NCBI RefSeq assembly: GCF_009914755.1
Contig: NC_060935.1
DNA: 64,000 nt
Direction: 5' to 3' (one strand)
Origin: the human T2T-CHM13v2.0 reference genome, Homo sapiens
This document shows positions 39,947 through 52,540 of this stretch, one piece after another. Below the pieces are notes generated by a model. The model saw nothing but the letters and a program-made list of their open reading frames with translations. It had not been told where the DNA came from and ran no database searches. The translations under genes and the position numbers were made by a program. Positions within the stretch are counted from its first letter, which is position 1. Each line of letters starts with the position of its first letter.

Positions 39947-42900
39947 AGTTGAACCTTGCTTTCATAGTTCAGCTTTCAAACACTCTTTTTGTAGAATCTG
40001 CAAGTGGATATTTGGACCACTTTGTGGCCTTCCTTCGAAACGGGTATATCTTCACATCAAACCTAGACAGAAGCATTCTCAGAATGTTTCCTGTGATGAC
40101 TGCATTCAACTCACAGAGGTGAACAATCCTGCTGATGGAGCAGTTTTGAAACTCTCTTTCTTTGGATTCTGCAAGTGGATATGTGTACCACTGTGAAGAT
40201 TTCGTTGGAAACGGGTTCATCTTCACAGAAAAACTAAACAGAAGCATTCTCAGAAACTGCTTTGTGATGTTTGTGTTCCACTTCAGGAATTGAACTTTCC
40301 TCTTGACAGAGCAGCTCTGAAACCCTCTTATTCTAGAATCTGCAAGTGGACATTTGGAGGGCTTTGAGGCCTGTGGTGGAAAAGGAAAATCTTCACATAA
40401 AAACTAGATGGAAGCATTCTCAGAAACTACTTTGTGATGATTGCATTCGACTCACAGAGTTGAACATTCCTATAGATAGAGCAGGTTGTAAACAATCTTT
40501 TTGTAGAATCTGCGATTGGAGATTTGGACTGCTTTGAGGCCTACTGTAGTAAAGGAAATAACTTCATCTAAAAACCAAACGGAAGCATTCACAGACAATT
40601 CTTAGTGATCATTGCATTGAACTAACAGAGCTGAACATTCCTTTAGATGGAGCAGTTTCCAAACACACTTTCTGTAGAACCTGCAAGTGGATATTTGGAC
40701 CTCTCTGAGGATTTCGTTGGAAAAGGGATAAACTTCCCAGAACTACACGGAAGCATTGTGAGAAACTTCTTTGTGATGTTTGCATTCAACTCACAGAGTT
40801 GAACCTTGCTTTCATAGTTCAGCTTTCAAACACTCTTTTTGTAGAATCTGCAAGTGGATATTTGGACCACTTTGTGGCCTTCCTTCGAAACGGGTATATC
40901 TTCACATCAAACCTAGACAGAAGCATTCTCAGAATGTTTCCTGTGATGACTGCATTCAACTCACAGAGGTGAACAATCCTGCTGATGGAGCAGTTTTGAA
41001 ACTCTCTTTCTTTGGATTCTGCAAGTGGATATGTGGACCTCTGTGAAGATTTCGTTGGAAACGGGTTCATCTTCACAGAAAAACTAAACAGAAGCATTCA
41101 CAGAAACTGCTTTGTGATGTTTGTGTTCCACTTCAGGAATTGAACTTTCCTCTTGACAGAGCAGCTCTGAAACCCTCTTATTCTAGAATCTGCAAGTGGA
41201 CATTTGGAGGGCTTTGAGGCCTGTGGTGGAAAAGGAAAATCTTCACATAAAAACTAGATGGAAGCATTCTCAGAAACTACTTTGTGATGATTGCATTCGA
41301 CTCACAGAGTTGAACATTCCTATAGATAGAGCAGGTTGTAAACAATCTTTTTGTAGAATCTGCGATTGGAGATTTGGACTGCTTTGAGGCCTACTGTAGT
41401 AAAGGAAATAACTTCATCTAAAAACCAAACGGAAGCATTCACAGACAATTCTTAGTGATCATTGCATTGAACTAACAGAGCTGAACATTCCTTTAGATGG
41501 AGCAGTTTCCAAACACACTTTCTGTAGAACCTGCAAGTGGATATTTGGACCTCTCTGAGGATTTCGTTGGAAACGGGATAAACTTCCCAGAGCTACACGG
41601 AAGCATTGTGAGAAACTTCTTTGTGATGTTTGCATTCAACTCACAGAGTTGAACCTTGCTTTCATAGTTCAGCTTTCAAACACTCTTTTTGTAGAATCTG
41701 CAAGTGGATATTTGGACCACTTTGTGGCCTTCCTTCGAAACGGGTATATCTTCACATCAAACCTAGACAGAAGCATTCTCAGAATGTTTCCTGTGATGAC
41801 TGCATTCAACTCACAGAGGTGAACAATCCTGCTGATGGAGCAGTTTTGAAACTCTCTTTCTTTGGATTCTGCAAGTGGATATGTGGACCTCTGTGAAGAT
41901 TTCGTTGGAAACGGGTTCATCTTCACAGAAAAACTAAACAGAAGCATTCTCAGAAACTGCTTTGTGATGTTTGTGTTCCACTTCAGGAATTGAACTTTCC
42001 TCTTGACAGAGCAGCTCTGAAACCCTCTTATTCTAGAATCTGCAAGTGGACATTTGGAGAGCTTTGAGGCCTGTGGTGGAAAAGGAAAATCTTCACATAA
42101 AAACTAGATGGAAGCATTCTCAGAAACTACTTTGTGATGATTGCATTCGACTCACAGAGTTGAACATTCCTATAGATAGAGCAGGTTGTAAACAATCTTT
42201 TTGTACAATCTGCGATTGGAGATTTGGACTACTTTGAGGCCTACTGTAGTAAAGGAAATAACTTCATCTAAAAACCAAACGGAAGCATTCACAGACAATT
42301 CTTAGTGATCATTGGATTGAACTAACAGAGCTGAACATTCCTTTAGATGGCGCAGTTTCCAAACACACTTTCTGTAGAATCTGCAAGTGGATATTTGGAC
42401 TTCTCTGAGGATTTCGTTGGAAAAGGGATAAACTTCCAGAACTACACGGAAGCATTGTGAGAAACTTCTTTGTGATGTTTGCATTCAACTCACAGAATTG
42501 AACCTTGCTTTCATAGTTCAGCTTTCAAACACTCTTTTTGTAGAATCTGCAAGTGGATATTTGGACCACTTTGTGGCCTTCCTTCGAAACGGGTATATCT
42601 TCATATCAAACCTAGACAGAAGCATTCTCAGAATGTTTCCTGTGATGACTGCATTCAACTCACAGAGGTGAACAATCCTGCTGATGGAGCAGTTTTGAAA
42701 CTCTCTTTCTTTGGATTCTGCAAGTGGATATGTGGACCTCTGTGAAGATTTCGTTGGAAACGGGTTCATCTTCACAGAAAAACTAAACAGAAGCATTCTC
42801 AGAAACTGCTTTGTGATGTTTGTGTTCCACTTCAGGAATTGAACTTTCCTCTTGACAGAGCAGCTCTGAAACCCTCTTATTCTAGAATCTGCAAGTGGAC

Positions 42901-45900
42901 ATTTGGAGGGCTTTGAGGCCTGTGGTGGAAAAGGAAAATCTTCACATAAAAACTAGATGGAAGCATTCTCAGAAACTACTTTGTGATGATTGCATTCGAC
43001 TCACAGAGTTGAACATTCCTATAGATAGAGCAGGTTGTAAACAATCTTTTTGTAGAATCTGCGATTGGAGATTTGGACTGCTTTGAGGCCTACTGTAGTA
43101 AAGGAAATAACTTCATCTAAAAACCAAACGGAAGCATTCACAGACAATTCTTAGTGATCATTGCATTGAACTAACAGAGCTGAACATTCCTTTAGATGGA
43201 GCAGTTTCCAAACACACTTTCTGTAGAACCTGCAAGTGGATATTTGGACTTCTCTGAGGATTTCGTTGGAAACGGGATAAACTTCCCAGAACTACACGGA
43301 AGCATTGTGAGAAACTTCTTTGTGATGTTTGCATTCAACTCACAGAGTTGAACCTTGCTTTCATAGTTCAGCTTTCAAACACTCTTTTTGTAGAATCTGC
43401 AAGTGGATATTTGGACCACTTTGTGGCCTTCCTTCGAAACGGGTATATCTTCACATCAAACCTAGACAGAAGCATTCTCAGAATGTTTCCTGTGATGACT
43501 GCATTCAACTCACAGAGGTGAACAATCCTGCTGATGGAGCAGTTTTGAAACTCTCTTTCTTTGGATTCTGCAAGTGGATATGTGGACCTCTGTGAAGATT
43601 TCGTTGGAAACGGGTTCATCTTCACAGAAAAACTAAACAGAAGCATTCTCAGAAACTGCTTTGTGATGTTTGTGTTCCACTTCAGGAATTGAACTTTCCT
43701 CTTGACAGAGCAGCTCTGAAACCCTCTTATTCTAGAATCTGCAAGTGGACATTTGGAGGGCTTTGAGGCCTGTGGTGGAAAAGGAAAATCTTCACATAAA
43801 AACTAGATGGAAGCATTCTCAGAAACTACTTTGTGATAATTGCATTCGACTCACAGAGTTGAACATTCTTATAGATAGAGCAGGTTGTAAACAATCTTTT
43901 TGTAGAATCTGCGATTGGAGATTTGGACTGCTTTGAGGCCTACTGTAGTAAAGGAAATAACTTCATCTAAAAACCAAACGGAAGCATTCACAGACAATTC
44001 TTAGTGATCATTGCATTGAACTAACAGAGCTGAACATTCCTTTAGATGGAGCAGTTTCCAAACACACTTTCTGTAGAACCTGCAAGTGGATATTTGGACC
44101 TCTCTGAGGATTTCGTTGGAAACGGGATAAACTTCCCAGAACTACACGGAAGCATTGTGAGAAACTTCTTTGTGATGTTTGCATTCAACTCACAGAGTTG
44201 AACCTTGCTTTCATAGTTCAGCTTTCAAACACTCTTTTTGTAGAATCTGCAAGTGGATATTTGGACCACTTTGTGGCCTTCCTTCGAAACGGGTATATCT
44301 TCACATCAAACCTAGACAGAAGCATTCTCAGAATGTTTCCTGTGATGACTGCATTCAACTCACAGAGGTGAACAATCCTGCTGATGGAGCAGTTTTGAAA
44401 CTCTCTTTCTTTGGATTCTGCAAGTGGATATGTGGACCTCTGTGAAGATTTCGTTGGAAACGGGTTCATCTTCACAGAAAAACTAAACAGAAGCATTCTC
44501 AGAAACTGCTTTGTGATGTTTGTGTTCCACTTCAGGAATTGAACTTTCCTCTTGACAGAGCAGCTCTGAAACCCTCTTTTTCTAGAATCTGCAAGTGGAC
44601 ATTTGGAGGGCTTTGAGGCCTGTGGTGGAAAAGGAAAATCTTCACATAAAAACTAGATGGAAGCATTCTCAGAAACTACTTTGTGATGATTGCATTCGAC
44701 TCACAGAGTTGAACATTCCTATAGATAGAGCAGGTTGTAAACAATCTTTTTGTAGAATCTGCGATTGGAGATTTGGACTGCTTTGAGGCCTACTGTAGTA
44801 AAGGAAATAACTTCATCTAAAAACCAAACGGAAGCATTCACAGACAATTCTTAGTGATCATTGGATTGAACTAACAGAGCTGAACATTCCTTTAGATGGA
44901 GCAGTTTCCAAACACACTTTCTGTAGAACCTGCAAGTGGATATTTGGACCTCTCTGAGGATTTCGTTGGAAACGGGATAAACTTCCCAGAACTACACGGA
45001 AGCATGCTGAGAAACTTCTTTGTGATGTTTGCATTCAACTCACAGAGTTGAACCTTGCTTTCATAGTTCAGCTTTCAAACACTCTTTTTGTAGAATCTGC
45101 AAGTGGATATTTGGACCACTTTGTGGCCTTCCTTCGAAACGGGTATATCTTCACATCAAACCTAGACAGAAGCATTCTCAGAATGTTTCCTGTGATGACT
45201 GCATTCAACTCACAGAGGTGAACAATCCTGCTGATGGAGCAGTTTTGAAACTCTCTTTCTTTGGATTCTGCAAGTGGATATGTGGACCTCTGTGAAGATT
45301 TCGTTGGAAACGGGTTCATCTTCACAGAAAAACTAAACAGAAGCATTCTCAGAAACTGCTTTGTGATGTTTGTGTTCCACTTCAGGAATTGAACTTTCCT
45401 CTTGACAGAGCAGCTCTGAAACCCTCTTATTCTAGAATCTGCAAGTGGACATTTGGAGGGCTTTGAGGCCTGTGGTGGAAAAGGAAAATCTTCACATAAA
45501 AACTAGATGGAAGCATTCTCAGAAACTACTTTGTGATGATTGAATTCGACTCACAGAGTTGAACATTCCTATAGATAGAGCAGGTTGTAAACAATCTTTT
45601 TGTAGAATCTGCGATTGGAGATTTGGACTGCTTTGAGGCCTACTGTAGTAAAGGAAATAACTTCATCTAAAAACCAAACGGAAGCATTCACAGACAATTC
45701 TTAGTGATCATTGCATTGAACTAACAGAGCTGAACATTCCTTTAGATGGAGCAGTTTCCAAACACACTTTCTGTAGAACCTGCAAGTGGATATTTGGACC
45801 TCTCTGAGGATTTCGTTGGAAACGGGATAAACTTCCCAGAACTACACGGAAGCATTGTGAGAAACTTCTTTGTGATGTTTGCATTCAACTCACAGAGTTG

Positions 45901-47399
45901 AACCTTGCTTTCATAGTTCAGCTTTCAAACACTCTTTTTGGAGAATCTGCAAGTGGATATTTGGACCACTTTGTGGCCTTCCTTCGAAACGGGTATATCT
46001 TCACATCAAACCTAGACAGAAGCATTCTCAGAATGTTTCCTGTGATGACTGCATTCAACTCACAGAGGTGAACAATCCTGCTGATGGAGCAGTTTTGAAA
46101 CTCTCTTTCTTTGGATTCTGCAAGTGGATATGTGGACCTCTGTGAAGATTTCGTTGGAAACGGGTTCATCTTCACAGAAAAACTAAACAGAAGCATTCTC
46201 AGAAACTGCTTTGTGATGTTTGTGTTCCACTTCAGGAATCGAACTTTCCTCTTGACAGAGCAGCTCTGAAACCCTCTTATTCTAGAATCTGCAAGTGGAC
46301 ATTTGGAGGGCTTTGAGGCCTGTGGTGGAAAAGGAAAATCTTCACATAAAAACTAGATGGAAGCATTCTCAGAAACTACTTTGTGATGATTGCATTCGAC
46401 TCACAGAGTTGAACATTCCTATAGATAGAGCAGGTTGTAAACAATCTTTTTGTACAATCTGCGATTGGAGATTTGGACTGCTTTGAGGCCTACTGTAGTA
46501 AAGGAAATAACTTCATCTAAAAACCAAACGGAAGCATTCACAGACAATTCTTAGTGATCATTGGATTGAACTAACAGAGCTGAACATTCCTTTAGATGGC
46601 GCAGTTTCCAAACACACTTTCTGTAGAATCTGCAAGTGGATATTTGGACTTCTCTGAGGATTTCGTTGGAAAAGGGATAAACTTCCAGAACTACACGGAA
46701 GCATTGTGAGAAACTTCTTTGTGATGTTTGCATTCAACTCACAGAGTTGAACCTTGCTTTCATAGTTAAGCTTTCAAACACTCTTTTTGTAGAATCTGCA
46801 AGTGGATATTTGCACCACTTTGTGGCCTTCCTTCGAAACGGGTATATCTTCACATCAAACCTAGACAGAAGCATTCTCAGAATGTTTCCTGTGATGACTG
46901 CATTCAACTCACAGAGGTGAACAATCCTGCTGATGGAGCAGTTTTGAAACTCTCTTTCTTTGGATTCTGCAAGTGGATATGTGGACCTCTGTGAAGATTT
47001 CGTTGGAAACGGGTTCATCTTCACAGAAAAACTAAACAGGAGCATTCTCAGAAACTGCTTTGTGATGTGTGTGTTCCACTTCAAGAATTGAACTTTCCTC
47101 TTGACAGAGCAGCTCTGAAACCCTATTTTTCTAGAATCTGCAAGTGGACATTTGGAGGGCTTTGAGGCCTGTTGTGGAAATGGAAAATCTTCACATAAAA
47201 ACTAGATGGAAGCATTCTCAGAAACTACTTTGTGATGATTGCATTCGACTCACAGAGTTGAACATTCCCATAGATAGAGCAGGTTGTAAACAATCTTTTT
47301 GTAGAATCTGCGATTGGAGATTTGGACTGCTTTGAGGCCTACTGTAGTAAAGGAAATAACTTCATCTAAAAACCAAACGGAAGCATTCACAGACAATTC

Positions 47400-50300
47400 T
47401 TAGTGATCATTGGATTGAACTAACAGAGCTGAACATTCCTTTAGATGGAGCAGTTTCCAAACACACTTTCTGTAGAATCTGCAAGTGGATATTTGGACTT
47501 CTCTGAGGATTTCGTTGGAAACGGGATAAACTTCCCAGAACTACAGGGAAGCATTGTGAGAAACTTCTTTGTGATGTTTGCATTCAACTCACAGAGTTGA
47601 ACCTTGCTTTCATAGTTCAGCTTTCAAACACTCTTTTTGGAGAATCTGCAAGTGGATATTTGGACCACTTTGTGGCCTTCCTTCGAAACGGGTATATCTT
47701 CACATCAAACCTAGACAGAAGCATTCTCAGAATGTTTCCTGTGATGACTGCATTCAACTCACAGAGGTGAACAATCCTGTTGATGGAGCAGTTTTGAAAC
47801 TCTCTTTCTTTGGATTCTGCAAGTGGATATGTGGACCTCTGTGAAGATTTCGTTGGAAACGGGTTCATCTTCACAGAAAAACTAAACAGAAGCATTCTCA
47901 GAAACTGCTTTGTGATTTTTGTGTTCCACTTCAGGAATTGAACTTTCCTCTTGACAGAGCAGCTCTGAAACCCTCTTATTCTAGAATCTGCAAGTGGACA
48001 TTTGGAGGGCTTTGAGGCCTGTGGTGGAAAAGGAAAATCTTCACATAAAAACTAGATGGAAGCATTCTCAGAAACTACTTTGTGATGATTGCATTCGACT
48101 CACAGAGTTGAACATTCCTATAGATAGAGCAGGTTGTAAACAATCTTTTTGTAGAATCTGCGATTGGAGATTTGGACTGCTTTGAGGCCTACTGTAGTAA
48201 AGGAAATAACTTCATCTAAAAACCAAACGGAAGCATTCACAGACAATTCTTAGTGATCATTGCATTGAACTAACAGAGCTGAACATTCCTTTAGATGGAG
48301 CAGTTTCCAAACACACTTTCTGTAGAACCTGCAAGTGGATATTTGGACCTCTCTGAGGATTTCGTTGGAAACGGGATAAACTTCCCAGAACTACACGGAA
48401 GCATTGTGAGAAACTTCTTTGTGATGTTTGCATTCAACTCACAGAGTTGAACCTTGCTTTCATAGTTCAGCTTTCAAACACTCTTTTTGTAGAATCTGCA
48501 AGTGGATATTTGGACCACTTTGTGGCCTTCCTTCGAAACGGGTATATCTTCACATCAAACCTAGACAGAAGCATTCTCAGAATGTTTCCTGTGATGACTG
48601 CATTCAACTCACAGAGGTGAACAATCCTGCTGATGGAGCAGTTTTGAAACTCTCTTTCTTTGGATTCTGCAAGTGGATATGTGGACCTCTGTGAAGATTT
48701 CGTTGGAAACGGGTTCATCTTCACAGAAAAACTAAACAGAAGCATTCTCAGAAACTGCTTTGTGATGTTTGTGTTCCACTTCAGGAATCGAACTTTCCTC
48801 TTGACAGAGCAGCTCTGAAACCCTCTTATTCCAGAATCTGCAAGTGGACATTTGGAGGGCTTTGAGGCCTGTGGTGGAAAAGGAAAATCTTCACATAAAA
48901 ACTAGATGGAAGCATTCTCAGAAACTACTTTGTGATAATTGCATTCGACTCACAGAGTTGAACATTCCTATAGATAGAGCAGGTTGTAAACAATCTTTTT
49001 GTAGAATCTGCGACTGGAGATTTGGACTGCTTTGAGGCCTACTGTAGTAAAGGAAATAACTTCATCTAAAAACCAAACGGAAGCATTCACAGACAATTCT
49101 TAGTGATCATTGGATTGAACTAACAGAGCTGAACATTCCTTTAGATGGAGCAGTTTCCAAACACACTTTCTGTAGAATCTGCAAGTGGATATTTGGACTT
49201 CTCTGAGGATTTCGTTGGAAACGGGATAAACTTCCCAGAACTACAGGGAAGCATTGTGAGAAACTTCTTTGTGATGTTTGCATTCAACTCACAGAGTTGA
49301 ACCTTGCTTTCATAGTTCAGCTTTCAAACACTCTTTTTGGAGAATCTGCAAGTGGATATTTGGACCACTTTGTGGCCTTCCTTCGAAACGGGTATATCTT
49401 CACATCAAACCTAGACAGAAGCATTCTCAGAATGTTTCCTGTGATGACTGCATTCAACTCACAGAGGTGAACAATCCTGTTGATGGAGCAGTTTTGAAAC
49501 TCTCTTTCTTTGGATTCTGCAAGTGGATATGTGGACCTCTGTGAAGATTTCGTTGGAAACGGGTTCATCTTCACAGAAAAACTAAACAGAAGCATTCTCA
49601 GAAACTGCTTTGTGATTTTTGTGTTCCACTTCAGGAATTGAACTTTCCTCTTGACAGAGCAGCTCTGAAACCCTCTTATTCTAGAATCTGCAAGTGGACA
49701 TTTGGAGGGCTTTGAGGCCTGTGGTGGAAAAGGAAAATCTTCACATAAAAACTAGATGGAAGCATTCTCAGAAACTACTTTGTGATGATTGCATTCGACT
49801 CACAGAGTTGAACATTCCTATAGATAGAGCAGGTTGTAAACAATCTTTTTGTAGAATCTGCGATTGGAGATTTGGACTGCTTTGAGGCCTACTGTAGTAA
49901 AGGAAATAACTTCATCTAAAAACCAAACGGAAGCATTCACAGACAATTCTTAGTGATCATTGCATTGAACTAACAGAGCTGAACATTCCTTTAGATGGAG
50001 CAGTTTCCAAACACACTTTCTGTAGAACCTGCAAGTGGATATTTGGACCTCTCTGAGGATTTCGTTGGAAACGGGATAAACTTCCCAGAACTACACGGAA
50101 GCATTGTGAGAAACTTCTTTGTGATGTTTGCATTCAACTCACAGAGTTGAACCTTGCTTTCATAGTTCAGCTTTCAAACACTCTTTTTGTAGAATCTGCA
50201 AGTGGATATTTGGACCACTTTGTGGCCTTCCTTCGAAACGGGTATATCTTCACATCAAACCTAGACAGAAGCATTCTCAGAATGTTTCCTGTGATGACTG

Positions 50301-52540
50301 CATTCAACTCACAGAGGTGAACAATCCTGCTGATGGAGCAGTTTTGAAACTCTCTTTCTTTGGATTCTGCAAGTGGATATGTGGACCTCTGTGAAGATTT
50401 CGTTGGAAACGGGTTCATCTTCACAGAAAAACTAAACAGAAGCATTCTCAGAAACTGCTTTGTGATGTTTGTGTTCCACTTCAGGAATTGAACTTTCCTC
50501 TTGACAGAGCAGCTCTGAAACCCTCTTATTCTAGAATCTGCAAGTGGACATTTGGAGGGCTTTGAGGCCTGTGGTGGAAAAGGAAAATCTTCACATAAAA
50601 ACTAGATGGAAGCATTCTCAGAAACTACTTTGTGATAATTGCATTCGACTCACAGAGTTGAACATTCCTATAGATAGAGCAGGTTGTAAACAATCTTTTT
50701 GTAGAATCTGCGACTGGAGATTTGGACTGCTTTGAGGCCTACTGTAGTAAAGGAAATAACTTCATCTAAAAACCAAACGGAAGCATTCACAGACAATTCT
50801 TAGTGATCATTGGATTGAACTAACAGAGCTGAACATTCCTTTAGATGGAGCAGTTTCCAAACACACTTTCTGTAGAATCTGCAAGTGGATATTTGGACTT
50901 CTCTGAGGATTTCGTTGGAAACGGGATAAACTTCCCAGAACTACAGGGAAGCATTGTGAGAAACTTCTTTGTGATGTTTGCATTCAACTCACAGAGTTGA
51001 ACCTTGCTTTCATAGTTCAGCTTTCAAACACTCTTTTTGGAGAATCTGCAAGTGGATATTTGGACCACTTTGTGGCCTTCCTTCGAAACGGGTATATCTT
51101 CACATCAAACCTAGACAGAAGCATTCTCAGAATGTTTCCTGTGATGACTGCATTCAACTCACAGAGGTGAACAATCCTGTTGATGGAGCAGTTTTGAAAC
51201 TCTCTTTCTTTGTATTCTGCAAGTGGATATGTGGACCTCTGTGAAGATTTCGTTGGAAACGGGTTCATCTTCACAGAAAAACTAAACAGAAGCATTCTCA
51301 GAAACTGCTTTGTGATTTTTGTGTTCCACTTCAGGAATTGAACTTTCCTCTTGACAGAGCAGCTCTGAAACCCTCTTATTCTAGAATCTGCAAGTGGACA
51401 TTTGGAGGGCTTTGAGGCCTGTGGTGGAAAAGGAAAATCTTCACATAAAAACTAGATGGAAGCATTCTCAGAAACTACTTTGTGATGATTGCATTCGACT
51501 CACAGAGTTGAACATTCCTATAGATAGAGCAGGTTGTAAACAATCTTTTTGTAGAATCTGCGATTGGAGATTTGGACTGCTTTGAGGCCTACTGTAGTAA
51601 AGGAAATAACTTCATCTAAAAACCAAACGGAAGCATTCACAGACAATTCTTAGTGATCATTGCATTGAACTAACAGAGCTGAACATTCCTTTAGATGGAG
51701 CAGTTTCCAAACACACTTTCTGTAGAACCTGCAAGTGGATATTTGGACCTCTCTGAGGATTTCGTTGGAAACGGGATAAACTTCCCAGAACTACACGGAA
51801 GCATTGTGAGAAACTTCTTTGTGATGTTTGCATTCAACTCACAGAGTTGAACCTTGCTTTCATAGTTCAGCTTTCAAACACTCTTTTTGTAGAATCTGCA
51901 AGTGGATATTTGGACCACTTTGTGGCCTTCCTTCGAAACGGGTATATCTTCACATCAAACCTAGACAGAAGCATTCTCAGAATGTTTCCTGTGATGACTG
52001 CATTCAACTCACAGAGGTGAACAATCCTGCTGATGGAGCAGTTTTGAAACTCTCTTTCTTTGGATTCTGCAAGTGGATATGTGGACCTCTGTGAAGATTT
52101 CGTTGGAAACGGGTTCATCTTCACAGAAAAACTAAACAGAAGCATTCTCAGAAACTGCTTTGTGATGTTTGTGTTCCACTTCAGGAATTGAACTTTCCTC
52201 TTGACAGAGCAGCTCTGAAACCCTCTTATTCTAGAATCTGCAAGTGGACATTTGGAGGGCTTTGAGGCCTGTGGTGGAAAAGGAAAATCTTCACATAAAA
52301 ACTAGATGGAAGCATTCTCAGAAACTACTTTGTGATAATTGCATTCGACTCACAGAGTTGAACATTCCTATAGATAGAGCAGGTTGTAAACAATCTTTTT
52401 GTAGAATCTGCGACTGGAGATTTGGACTGCTTTGAGGCCTACTGTAGTAAAGGAAATAACTTCATCTAAAAACCAAACGGAAGCATTCACAGACAATTCT
52501 TAGTGATCATTGGATTGAACTAACAGAGCTGAACATTCCT
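47400..52540 (+). repeat. 2-HOR (1700-bp) super-repeat, 3 copies
   Basis: tgtgattttt is at ~47917, ~49617 and ~51317; cgactgg at ~49014, ~50714 and ~52414; ctacaggg at ~47546, ~49246 and ~50946. Confidence 0.85.
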
